From assembly GCA_026770705.1 (NCBI GenBank), contig JANJGN010000039.1:10602001-10666000 (forward strand): DNA of 64,000 nucleotides, in the 5' to 3' direction. This DNA comes from Isurus oxyrinchus. Its lineage: Eukaryota. Positions 13,603 through 24,451 of the stretch are shown one piece after another (within the stretch, counting starts at the first letter, position 1; each line of letters starts with the position of its first letter). The notes under the pieces were generated by a model, which did no database searches, was not told the DNA's origin, and saw nothing but the letters and a program-made list of their open reading frames with translations. The position numbers and the translations under genes are program-made.

Positions 13603-14490
13603 CACAGAATCACAGAACCAGGAAGCGCAGAAAAGGCACTTCTGCCTATCGAGTCTGCACCGACACGTGAGAAACACCTGACTTTCCACCTAATCCCATT
13701 TGCCACCATTTGGCCCATAGTCAAGAATGTTATGACGTGCCTGGTGCTCATCCAGTTACTTTTTAAAGGATGTGAGGCAACCCGCATACAACATCTTCCC
13801 AGGCAGCATCTTCCAGACCTTCACCACCCTCTGGGTAAAAAGGCTTTCCTCGCATCCCCCCTAAACCTCCTGCCCACCATTTTGAAATTGTGTCCCCTCA
13901 AGACTGACCCTTCTAATAAGGGGAACAGCTGCTCTCTATCCAGCCTGTCCACGCCCCTCATAAACTTGTACACCTCTTTCAGGTCACCCCTCAGTCTTCT
14001 CTGCTCCAACGAAAACAACCCAACTCTATCCAACCTCTCTTCACAACTTAATTGTTTCATCCCAGGCAACATCCTGATGAATATCCTCAGCACCCCCTCC
14101 AGTGCAATCACATCCTTCCTATAATGTGTCGACCAGAACTGCAAACAATACTCCAGCTGTGGCCTCAACAAGGTTCTAAACAACTTCAGCATTACCACCC
14201 TACTTTCGTAATCTCTGCCTCGATTGATAAGTGCAGGTGTCCCATATGTCCTTTTCCCCACCCCACTAACATGCCCTCCATCTTCAGAAATATATGGACA
14301 CAGATGCCAACGTCCATTTTTTCTCAGAACCTCCTAGTGCCATGCCATTCATTGAATACTTCCTCGTCAAATTGCTCCTTCCAAAGTGTATCACCTCACA
14401 TTTTTCAGGGTTAAATACCATCGCCCACTTATCTGCCCATTTGATCATCCCATCTATATCTTCCTGTTGACCAAGACACTAAACCTCACG
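13603..14490 (-). mobile_element. 5'-truncated CR1-type LINE (RT C-terminus and 3' tail)
   Basis: Translation LFRTLLRPQLEYCLQFWS..YRKDVIALE..RLRGDLKEVYKFMRG; tail repeat (CACAGAAT) at 13603. Confidence 0.9.
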
Positions 14491-14959
14491 ATTAACCAAC
14501 AAGCTAACGATAAATGGTTAAGATGCACAACAACTTGGTGAAAGGAGTAATGTTCAAGCAGTGCCTTGAAGGAGGGGAGCGAGTTAGAGAGGCAATGGAG
14601 GTAAATACCGGAGCTTGAGGCATAGGTAACTAACTAAAGATACTGTCATGACAGTTGGGGCAATTCTGCTCGGGAAGGCACAAAAGACCAGATTGTGACC
14701 AGCGCTGATAACTTGGAGAATCATGGGGCTGTGGGTAATTGCAAGCAAGAATGAGAATTGAAAAGTCAATATGGTCCTCGATGATTAGCAATTTCGTAAT
14801 AGTGATTACAGCAAGGACAATTGAACTTAAATGCATTGAGACCCAACAATTTTCACGCACTATTAAATATTCCAATCAAGTCAGAACAGCATGTTGCATT
14901 GGAAGTTTCTATATGTGACTCAATCAGTCAGTTGAGGGTCTCTGCCTCTGCTACCCTTT

Positions 14960-15617
14960 TGTACAGCGAGTTCCTGACTCCAGGTACCCGCGGTTTTTCT
15001 TCAAATCCAAAGCGGGGTTTCCCCACATGGTTTGAATCCTACCGACTATTCCAATCTGTTGTCACTTTGACAACCCGACCACAGGGGCCTCAGGTACAGG
15101 TCACGAACGTTTATTCCAGCAATTGCAAGGGGAGAGTCATCTCAGTACAGCTTGAGATCACACTCTGCTAAATTACAAGCGTTCAACATATTTATACATT
15201 ATTGGTCACGTACAAGAAGAGTTTCCAGATTCCCATCTCGTCACTATATCCGTTTACATTAAACAGGCATCTCTGGTAACAGGTACATTCATCGCATGTC
15301 CCTATTTTTACCCAGGCAGAGACCTTCCGTCCTACCTAAACTAGGACCATCCGTCCTTCCCCTATCTGTTGAAGAGCACAATTACTCTATGTCTTAGCCA
15401 TCCTCTGACTCCAGTGTGGCTCCTGAGGCCTTTCCGTTGGTAACAGGCCCTAAGCCTGAGCAAAGTTCATCTGGTAATCTTTAAGTGTTAATATACATGA
15501 TAGCACTGGCTGCCTGGAGATTTAAAGTAATTAATTCCTTTTCAATAAATTTTCCCTTACCATAAATTCTTACTTAATTTCTTCCCCAACACACTCTCTG
15601 CTCTAAAATTCCTAACA
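14960..15617 (-). mobile_element. Possible solo LTR
   Basis: Minus strand starts TGTTAGG, has AATAAA near 15110, and interrupts LINE-derived sequence; no partner LTR seen. Confidence 0.25.
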
Positions 15618-15639
15618 ACCCCGTTAAACCCAATTCCCC

Positions 15640-15915
15640 TAGTCACTGGTTGAAGTAAATAGGTCCGTCACATCCATTCGATCCAGGCTGCTCACAATTC
15701 TGTATATTTCAATGTAATCTCCCCTCAGCCTCCTCTCTTGCAAGAAGAACGACTCCAGCCTATCCAGTCTTTCTTCATTGTTGCAATTGTCAAGGTCTGG
15801 AAATATCCTCGTTATATTTCCTCTGTACCATGTCTAATGGAATTGCATCTTTTCTGTAAAGAGGTTACCAGAAATGCACACAATACTCAAAGTCACAACT
15901 AATGAACGTTTCATA
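15640..15915 (-). mobile_element. Degenerate CR1-type LINE RT fragment
   Basis: Similar to 13960-14170 (cccctcagcctcctct...accagaaatgcacacaatactc). Confidence 0.7.
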
Positions 15916-17224
15916 GCCCTAGTACCTTGAAGACACGCTCGCTGATATAAATTTAATTTTTTAAATATAAATTAGTTACAACCCAGTCGACATCTCCAAA
16001 TGTATTTGATGTTGTCAGCTGGGGACATTGTGTCTGATTATCCGTTTTACTTACTGTTCGTTTTGCATGGACTGCAGAGAGTAAGCAGTCAACTTGATTC
16101 GCCACAAACTGTTATTTGACTCATTTCCATTATGTTCACTGGACTGGCAGAATTCCCTTTGTCCCCTTCCATTCCCCTTGCATATCATCCAACGGACTCC
16201 ACATGCCCGCAAAACAGGACGCGTGCTCCTGATAATTGGCCGCATCAATTCAGGTCTGAGCACTCTCTTGGACTAAGGTTCACCAAGGAGCATTGCCTAT
16301 TAGTGGATGCATTTGAATCGCCTCCTCACACACTTAGGCACTCCGCCATTTTCTGCATGCCATGATGCCCCTTCAGGAATTCACCACAAAATCAGCCCAG
16401 GCACAGCTATCTTCGACTCTACATTGCTCCTTGCAAACTGCCTGTTCTCCCAACCCGTGAGAAATGGACTGTTGCTTTATCAAACTCATTCAGACACCTC
16501 CAGTGGAGGTTTGAAAGCAGTGGGGATGATCGTTTCCTTCCAGTATTCTAAGTTCTATTCCGATTTAAAAAGTACATCTGGGACCTGGTTCTCGCCCGAC
16601 GGGTCTCTGACCTTCCCTTCTCATGGTCTCTGCACAGATTGTTAACCTTTACGCCTTGGTAATGCTCGATAATGTTGGAGTTCATCAAGGGCTCTATTAT
16701 CGCTTACTTCCATGTGGCTGCTTACACAACAGGTTCTGTGGTGCTCTGTTACAAAAGACATTGAAATTGTTGTCCTGTCCTAGCAGTGAAATGAAATTTC
16801 ATTAAAATTTCACTGAAATTAATTTGTCCCAACTCCAACAGAACAATTGACCGTGACTCTACAGCATGTCATTTCACTGTCCCAAACCATTCTGTCCCTT
16901 TTGTGTGTGTGTGTGTGTGCAAGTTGTTGTCAAAAACATCTAATTAAAACTTGGCTTTTTCTGAACAGTTCCAGAAGCATCTGCTATTGTCTATGCTTTC
17001 ACAATCTAAGGCAGACATTCTGATTGAGCTCCAGTTTTGGTTCATTTCTAAATAACGTGGCTTCTTGCCTTCACTTGCTTTATCAGGAATATCCTAGGAT
17101 CAAGACTGATAATTTGCATCACGGAATTAAGAGAAGACGAAGTACTTTGTGTTGTCTAGGGACTGTGTGTTATTTAAAAAAAAACAGTAAAACCAGCCCA
17201 GAACATTTGCCGTCAATATTGTTT

Positions 17225-17525
17225 TTTCATTCATTCAGGGTATGTGGGCTTCGCTGTCACGGCACAGCATTTATTGCCCATCTCTAGTTGCCCTTGAGAA
17301 GGTGGTGGTGAGCTGCCTTCTTGAGCCGTTGCAGTCCCGGTGGTGTGGGTAGACCCACAGTGCTGTTAGGAGGGAGTTCCAGGTTTTTGACCCAATGATA
17401 GTGAAGGAACGGCCGATATATTTCCCAGTCAGGATGGTGAGTGACTTGGAGGGGAACTTCCAGGTGGCGGTGTTCCCATCTATCTGCTGCCCTTGTCCTT
17501 CTAGATGGTAGTTCTCGTGGGTTTA
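17225..17525 (-). mobile_element. HER1/CR1-type LINE 3' end
   Basis: cattcattca...gcatttattgcccatctctagttgcccttgagaaggtggtggtgagctgcc; recurs near 28150, 35370 and 59440. Confidence 0.8.
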
Positions 17526-17817
17526 GCCTTTATCATGTGGGCGTTAAGACCGCCAGGTCAGGCAGCCAAGAGGAAAATCGTGGAAGAAATTTTAAACGCT
17601 GGCCGTTTAAAATCCCCTGCTACTGATTTTATTAAGTTGTTCGGAAAAAATGTCCAATGGATTCTGTTAGGGTGCACGATTTTACAGTGGCTAAGGGGCG
17701 TTTAGCACACAATCAGCTGGGAAGAATTTCCAAAGCTATTGATGTATTTCATTACATTAGCACGCACATGGTTGTGTATTTAATCTTACACATGTTCAAC
17801 GTTTTATTGCTCCTCAG

Positions 17818-17919
17818 GGCCAGGGACCACTTTCCCTCTAATTGCTGTCCTGGGGTGTGCAGCCGAAATAATCCTGGCAACGTTTGTGGCAATGATGGCG
17901 TGCTTGTTCGCCAGAAGAA
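17818..17919 (+). CDS. ITIM receptor: transmembrane exon (xPGTTFPLIAVLGCAAEIILATFVAMMACLFARR)
   Basis: ctcctcag| acceptor, |GTAAGT donor; 102 nt, phase 1-1; hydrophobic helix followed by RR. Confidence 0.8.
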
Positions 17920-18484
17920 GTAAGTGTTCGTCAAGAAAAAAAAAATAACTACCATTTTTCATGAAAAAAGGAGGAAAAGTTGGCGGGAACCTGCAAACAA
18001 CCCTAAACTCAACTGCAGCATTAAAATTGTCAGCAGCTATGGATGAATACATGTTGAGGAATGAGGCCTTGTCTTAATTGAAAGGTCACTTTGATGCAGA
18101 GGATGTGAGTAAAGCAACTGGAACATCACCCTCATTACTGGCGGACAACAGTGACCCTCTCGATCGCACGCCCCTTCCCTTTCGTCTCACCCCATCGAAT
18201 GTCACCACTCCCTGTGTACTTACGGTTTGCTCTCACCTGCCCTCTCTGGCTTTGTCTTCAGAAACGGCCACCGCTTCAACTCCTGGCAAACCGGCGTAGA
18301 GTGTAATTTGCGACAGGGGTCATAAACCACACGCCCAGGCTTGTGGCACGGCCTCAGATTCCACCACGGCAGCTGCTGGAGTTTGAGGTAAACCAATTAA
18401 TAATTTTAGAATTTTAAGTCAGTGTCAGTACTGCTATCCAGGAATCTACAATCGATTACAATTTATATATATATATATTTTAAA

Positions 18485-18690
18485 ATGGTCCAGTAATGCT
18501 CTTTAGGGAAGCAACTCGGCCATCGTTGCCTGATCTCGCCTACATGTGACTCCTGCACACAGCAATATTGCTAACGCTTAAATGTCCTCTGAAATCGCTT
18601 AGACATTCGGTTCAAGAACAATGAGGCATGAGCAACAAACTCAGGCATTGCCAGGGAAAACGACATACCATGGGAGGATGAGTTGAAAGG
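18485..18690 (+). mobile_element. Degenerate HE1-type SINE 3' part
   Basis: ctttagggaag...cctacatgtgactcc...ctctgaaat...ttcaag body, recalled from shark SINEs; inverted relative at ~23120-23450. Confidence 0.55.
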
Positions 18691-18964
18691 AGAAATTTGA
18701 CAAGAAGCCTCAGTATATTTTGACCTCAACATTCAAATGGACATACAAACTTACATCTGACATCTTCCTTTGGCCGAATATTGCATTGAGCTTCTCATTC
18801 GGAAGTGTTGTATTGACAGCAGCTTTTTCAAATTCTCTGCAGGGATATTAAGCTGAACAAGCAGTACTCCGGTCTCTCAGCTCGAAACCAAAAGTCAAAA
18901 ATTTAGGCCAAGCTCGTAACATTTTTTCTTGTACCAGAATAGGATATCGATATCAGATTTGAAA

Positions 18965-19525
18965 GGCCAACTCTCCACTACTGCCTTCTACCGCCCCCTG
19001 GATCATGGCACCCCTTCATAAAATGAAGCCACCCGATCTAGGGCCGTCACTGACCTGATCTCCTGTGCAGATCTCCCCTCCATGCCTTCCAATCACATGG
19101 CCCAACCTCCCTAAATAGTCAGCATCTACCTCCACCCCAATCTGAAAAGGCGACGTATCTGGTTTCATCCTATTGTTTCAAACTACTCCTAACCAACTGT
19201 GCTTAATTATTCCTATCTCGATTCTATTTATTTCTTATACATCACTCCCTACCTACATCCATTGCTCTGCTGATGCCCTCCGTCTCTTCAACAGTTTCTG
19301 GCTCTGCTTCCGTTTCGCCATGGACGTCCAATCACTCTGTAGGTCAATTCGCCACCAGGGCGACCTGTGAGCCCTCCCCATTCTTTCTCCTTGTATGGAG
19401 GACCAACAAATCGCCGTGTCGTTAAACAACATTTGCTTCCACTCCACTTAACTCCTTCAAATTAAACATGTTGCTCTGGGCACTGAGTGGGACCTAGCAA
19501 CAGCTTCACTTCGCTGTTTTGTAGA
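18965..19525 (+). mobile_element. Decayed Penelope-like element reverse transcriptase
   Basis: Translation FAMDVQSL..SI.HQ (cf. PLE RT MDV.SLYTSIPH) and downstream VALGT/GPS..SLF remnants; stops and frameshifts. Confidence 0.7.
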
Positions 19526-19559
19526 GGAGGCGATAGCATAGTTGCATTGTTAGTGGACT

Positions 19560-20108
19560 TAGTAATCTTTGGTCCCCTTTATTCAAGAATGAATACACTG
19601 GCATTGGAGGCAGTTCAAAAGAGATTCAATGGGCTGATTCCTGGGATGGAAGTGTTGACTCATCGAGAACGGCTAAAGAGTTTAAGCCTTTATTCATTCG
19701 AGTTTAGAAGAATGAGGGGTGATCTTATTGAGACCTGCAAGATTTTGAGGGGGCTTGACAGTGTCAATGTTGAGAAGATGTTTCCACTCGTGGAAGAATC
19801 TCAAACTAGGAGACATAGTTACAGCATAAGGGGCCACTCAATTAAAACTGAGCTGCATGTGGATTTCCTCTCTCAGAGGGTAGTGAATGTGTGGAAATCT
19901 CTAGCCTAGTGAGTTGTGGAGTCTAAACCGTTGAAAGTATTTAATGATGATGTAGATAGATTTTTGAAATATTGGGGAGTTGAGGGCTATGAGGAGCTGG
20001 CACGAAAGAGGAGTTGAGGCCTGGGGCTAATCATCCATAATATTATTTAATGGCTCGGGTGGCTAGAGGGGCCGAATGGCCTACCTCTGCTCCTTTTTTG
20101 TGTTCTGT
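19560..20108 (+). mobile_element. CR1-type LINE 3' fragment
   Basis: ALEAVQKRF..LIPGM..RRMRGDLIETCKILRGLD..KMFPL; typical ggccgaatggcctacctctgctcc 3' UTR. Confidence 0.9.
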
Positions 20109-20719
20109 CCTACACCCTAATACAAATCATCCCTTTTGTTCCTCTTCACGGCCTTCTGTGATTTCACCTGCGGAGAGAGAAACAGAGATAACATTTCGAG
20201 TCGAATATGACTCATCTTGCACACTGATCCTGCTGTTTCCCCTTCCCTACTGCAGATAGCTCTTTGTTCCATTCGCCAATATACAGATGTCAAACTGTTC
20301 CCCCTATTCATCCGGTCGTTTCACGTTGGTGTGCCACGTTCCATTTTCAACAATCTGAAGACTGAAACATTCCTAGTCGCACAGCCACATATCACAGCTG
20401 TGCCCACTACAGAATCCACTCCATGTCATTCGCCTTCATCACTGATGGTGGTGCTTCAGCGAAAGTTTTCAGAACTTAACTAGCTAACTGGAAGCTTCCG
20501 AAAAGTTAAAGCCATCTACAAAATGCATCACTTCGAGAACGCTTTTGATCCATTCCTTCTGTAAAACAATTCAGGAGCACTTCCATCACCCAAAGAAAGG
20601 CGAGAACTCGAAGTCTTCTCTTTATTTCTCTCTGTTTTTTATACTTTTCTTGTCAAAACTGGTAACACCATTAATAAAGGCGGACCTGATGTGTTCAAGA
20701 GCGAAGGGGTAATAGAGAG

Positions 20720-20889
20720 AGTGATAAGTGGGAAGACTAGAAAGAGGCAATTAGGTCACGTGAGGTGTCAAGAACTGGATTATAAACACCAACACTAAAT
20801 TACGTGTTTCAAAGCTATTTATGTGTGTAGCCCAAGTGCTCTGGAGCACACGGGATATTTTACTGCCTTCAGGCACTGAATTTGTAAGT
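20720..20889 (+). promoter_or_regulatory. Candidate intronic promoter / alternative first exon of the ITIM gene
   Basis: TGATAA (20722), GTCACGTGA E-box (20755), TATAAA (20781), then consensus donor GTAAGT at 20884. Confidence 0.35.
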
Positions 20890-21113
20890 GGAAGCTATTG
20901 ATACTGAGACGCAAGTAGAGGAAACTGGGTTGGAGGATATTATCGGTTAATTTCATGGTTTCCTACACCATAGCATGTTTATTAGTCATATATCCTCATT
21001 ATATTAGGAGCAAATTCATAAAACCTTTCAATGCATTAAATCCATAGAATATTGAGCATTTGGAAAACTTTATCAAGTGCCTTACATTTTTCCCACTTTT
21101 TGCTTTATTGCAG

Positions 21114-21141
21114 GAAAGAGAAAAAGACTAAATATTGAGAG
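21114..21141 (+). CDS. ITIM receptor: juxtamembrane micro-exon (RKRKRLNIE)
   Basis: tttattgcag| ... AG|GTAATG; 28 nt; only the phase-1 frame is open and it matches the TM exon. Confidence 0.8.
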
Positions 21142-21311
21142 GTAATGACATTGCTTTAGTTCTCCAGTATTTATAGTTGTGAGCAAAATGTACCACACGA
21201 TATTACTCAATTCAGTAAAAGTTAAATATTTTCTTAAACTTGTGCATTGGAAAATAAACATGATTTTGGGGGGAATACTTCTAACAAATCAAACTTTCTT
21301 TCATTTTAAAG

Positions 21312-21364
21312 GTGCGCAGCGTCTGCAAGTGGAATGGCAAATCAGCAAGATGGTGATCTCCTGT
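21312..21364 (+). CDS. ITIM receptor: cytoplasmic exon (RCAASASGMANQQDGDLL)
   Basis: ttttaaag| ... |GTAAGT; 53 nt, phase 2-1. Confidence 0.78.
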
Positions 21365-21761
21365 GTAAGTATAGTAATGTTGACATTGACTGTATTTCTT
21401 GATCAAGGATCATTGCTCTTTCTGACACTGTCCGTCACGGTTGTCTGAATGGCTTATGTAGTTATTTCCAATATTCTCCCTTCTATATTTAAATAGAATT
21501 TATTTGGTAGACCTAGTATAGAATTAGAAACATTTCTAAAGATTGTTGATCACTTGGTTGCAAGAAACATGGGTCTTTGGGGATCAAATTTTTCATGGGT
21601 CATCAAACAAACTGCATCCATTTTACAGTGTTATACTACACACCCAGTATTCTGTTCTATTAAAGTCGTGGTTACAGGAAAACTGGATGATATGGGAATC
21701 GAATTATTCGTGGGCTGGCACATCAAACATACGGGATCTATTTAAAAGTGGAAAAGACTCT

Positions 21762-21955
21762 GCAGGTCTGACAGCATCTGTGGAGAGAAAGGGACAGTTA
21801 ACGTTTGGAGTCAGTATGTCTCTTCTTCAGAGCTCTGGAAAGAGCCACACGCATTCGAAAGGTTCGCTTTTTCTTTCTCTCCATGGATACTGTCAGACCT
21901 GCTCAGTGTTTGTCAAGCATTTTCTATTCTTGTTTCAGATTACCAGTATCCGCAA
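21762..21955. mobile_element. Inverted pair of Penelope-type terminal units forming a ~140-bp imperfect palindrome
   Basis: gcaggtctgacag (21762) ... ctgtcagacctgc (21902), centre GAGCTC 21830-21835. Confidence 0.75.
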
Positions 21956-22141
21956 AGCAGGAGTGTTTGGCTGCCTGCAAGTCATGTGTTTGAAATGGAA
22001 TTGAAATTCACGTCGTTCCTATAAACAACAACACATCTGTAACACCGCTTAACGTCAATAGACAAGGAACTTGCTAGACCATTTACCCTCCATGAAAGCA
22101 TGCAACAATTGAATCAAAATGCACTTGTCTTTCCTTTTCAG

Positions 22142-22179
22142 TTCTTAACCAGAGTGGTTCCTCCAACCTGGAGATGAAC
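22142..22179 (+). CDS. ITIM receptor: cytoplasmic micro-exon (FLNQSGSSNLEMN)
   Basis: ttccttttcag| ... |GTAAGC; 38 nt, phase 1-0, exactly restoring frame into the ITIM exon. Confidence 0.8.
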
Positions 22180-22244
22180 GTAAGCACCTATTTTGAATAT
22201 TGCTATTATTCTCAGCCAACTCACGGAAAAATGGACGCAAACAT

Positions 22245-22560
22245 ATGATATTCTGAGTGGGAGGTATGATATTCTGAGTGGGAGGTAGAGAGTGAGGTAT
22301 AGGGGGCAAAAAGTGAACAGGGAACCCTGGAATTGCAGATCAAGGAAGAGAGAATGAATATTGAGAGAGAGGAAAAGGGTGGGAGAGCGAGCAAGAGCGG
22401 GAAAAAAGATGAAAAGCCTGAAATTTGGAAACACAAGGAAAGACAGGAGGCGCGAGAGTGACTTAGAGAGTGACATAGGGAGGGACAAAAGAACAGGGGG
22501 CAGTCTGAGGAAGGGTGAGTGAAATTCAAAAGGAACATTCGATAGAAGAAATGAAACAAT
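22245..22560. repeat. Purine-rich (GA) low-complexity intron tract with a 21-bp tandem duplication at its start
   Basis: tatgatattctgagtgggagg x2, then GA-rich sequence. Confidence 0.75.
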
Positions 22561-23119
22561 AAAGCAGTGCATGATCGCACCATTGTTGAAGCGAACCGCC
22601 AAGGAGGAGGCCGTTCTGCCCATCGTCCAAGGGCTATCAGCCTCACTTACTCCTCCATGCTAGAACCGTGCCCATATCACTGTAAATTCCTCATTCAAAA
22701 TATTTTTTGAAACATTGCACGGGGTTGCCTCGAATCACGTTATCAGATGGTATGCTCCAGATTCTAACAACTCCCTGAATGAAAAATAAGGTAACAACAA
22801 TCTATGCTCTTCTGCCCTCCAGTTTTATTTAATTCTCCAAATAATGTCCACTCCCTGCTGTTGTAGGATGGTCCAGTAGTTAGCGGGAATATTGGCTTCC
22901 CTCTATCGACTATGTTGAAAATGTCATCGCCGTGGAAACATATCTCAGTTAAACTCATAGTTCGAAGCGATGACTGATTTGTTTTAGTTTATTCTATCTC
23001 CAAGGAAGCCCCACGTCCACTTAATTTACCAATGAACGGACTTATGTTTTACCCTTTTTCTGAGATCATTATCTCATTCCTGAAGTCTGGTGTTTAGGTT
23101 TCAGAAATAAGTTTTTCAT

Positions 23120-23450
23120 GGGTTGTGGGTGCCATTATCAAGGCCTCCCGAAATCACCCTTAAAATGAGCGGCTTGCTTGGCCATTTCAGAGGGCAGGTA
23201 AGGGCCAATCACTTTGCTTTTAGGTCTGGACTTACAGGTGGGCCAGACCAGGTGAGGGCGTCAGATTTCCTTCCCTCGAGGACATGCGTGAACCAGATGG
23301 GCTGCTAGAACAAACAATGGTAGCTTCATGAGGCCATATTCCAATTCCACATTTATTAAGTGAACTTGGATGAGCCTGATCAGTTAATTCAGTAAGTGTT
23401 AATCAAGGCTTCTGAATTACCTTTCCAAGCAATTGGTCACTAGGCCACTG
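23120..23450 (-). mobile_element. Degenerate HE1-type SINE
   Basis: gccatttcagagggcag...ggccagaccaggtgagg..cagatttccttccct; reverse complement of the SINE body at ~18485. Confidence 0.6.
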
Positions 23451-23701
23451 CTTCCCCTGAATTGCCCACAGTGCTCTAACCAATGATATTATAAATCTGC
23501 AAAATGTCATCTTCGTTGTAATATTCCTCCCGTCTTGTCCTTTTGACTCAATCCAAATTATATGTTCTTCAAATCAATTTATTAGACTGCTCTGTTTCAT
23601 GGAAAGACATATAGCTTCCAGGAATTTAAATTTAGCCTGCGCCTGTTGCGATCACCTTGTTCCCTTTGCTTTTATTATTTCCTGTGTGTTATTCATCGCA
23701 G

Positions 23702-23827
23702 GGATTCTATTCAGAAGTGCTAGAGGACGACAATGGGGAGATAAACTATGCATCGTTGAACCTGGAAGCCCTCAGTTGGAAAGATGGGGCCTCCACCTGT
23801 GAACCAGGCGCCAACTTCCCAGCTAAA
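23702..23827 (+). CDS. ITIM receptor: exon with YSEV and ITIM INYASL
   Basis: catcgcag|GGA ... AAA|GTAGG; 126 nt, phase 0-0; GFYSEVLEDDNGEINYASLNLEALSWKDGASTCEPGANFPAK. Confidence 0.88.
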
Positions 23828-23994
23828 GTAGGGAAAAAAATTACATTTCTGTTCGGTGGGTGCTTGATTTGTGTGATGAAAAAGTGGGCGTAAAGAGGCA
23901 GAAGGAAAACTAAAAGGGGGAAATGTCAAAAAGTTTGTAGCTGGGGGTAAAGGAAACTAGAGCAGGACCCTAGGAAATACAAAGAAAATAAAAA

Positions 23995-24325
23995 CGTTGC
24001 AGAGACAGAGAAAAAACGCAGAGGACATGGGGACGCAGAGAGAGAGAGAGACAGAGACAGAGCGTGGGAGAGGGAAAAGGTGAGTAAGAGAGACAGCGAG
24101 AGAACATGGAGGTGGGGTGTCGAGGATGTGAGAGTGAGAGAGGGAGGGAATCAATGAGAGAGACAGAGACAGAACATGAGGCTTGGGGAGCGAGAGCGAG
24201 AGATAGCATGGGAGAGGGAGAAAGTGAGTGAGAGAGACGGGGAGAGAACATCGGGGTGACGTTGAATGGATTGCCAGAGGAAGGGAAGAGAGCATGAGGT
24301 TGATAAAAGGCGAATCGAGAGAAAG
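23995..24325. repeat. GA-rich low-complexity intron tract
   Basis: Directly visible; explains the S/L-rich minus-strand ORFs. Confidence 0.85.
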
Positions 24326-24367
24326 GTGATCTTACCCACTTGTGCCATTGTGTTTCTTTCCTTGCAG

Positions 24368-24451
24368 AAGAAGCGTTCTGAATTAGCAAAGAGCGAGTTT
24401 CAAGATGTCACCTACGCACCTGTGAGAGTTGACTCGGATAAACCGCAATGA
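24368..24451 (+). CDS. ITIM receptor: terminal exon with ITIM VTYAPV
   Basis: tttctttccttgcag|AAG; KKRSELAKSEFQDVTYAPVRVDSDKPQ*; phase 0. Confidence 0.88.
   Translation, partial: KKRSELAKSEFQDVTYAPVRVDSDKPQ

Noticed and set aside
13567-14414. 185-aa and 120-aa plus-strand ORFs
   Set aside because: Antisense of the CR1 RT.
20821-20883. MCVAQVLWSTRDILLPSGTEF as the coding first exon or signal peptide of the ITIM receptor
   Set aside because: Phase 0 runs into TAA in the next exon, a phase-1 join creates TGA, and the peptide lacks a hydrophobic core. Kept only as a possible uORF/UTR exon.
23599-23802. Alternative frame of the ITIM exon (…LFIAGILFRSARG…) resembling a TM segment
   Set aside because: The hydrophobic part is the intron pyrimidine tract; the 38-nt exon at 22142 sets the ITIM frame.
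22138-24389. Several S/L/F-rich minus-strand ORFs
   Set aside because: Low-complexity GA/TC tracts.
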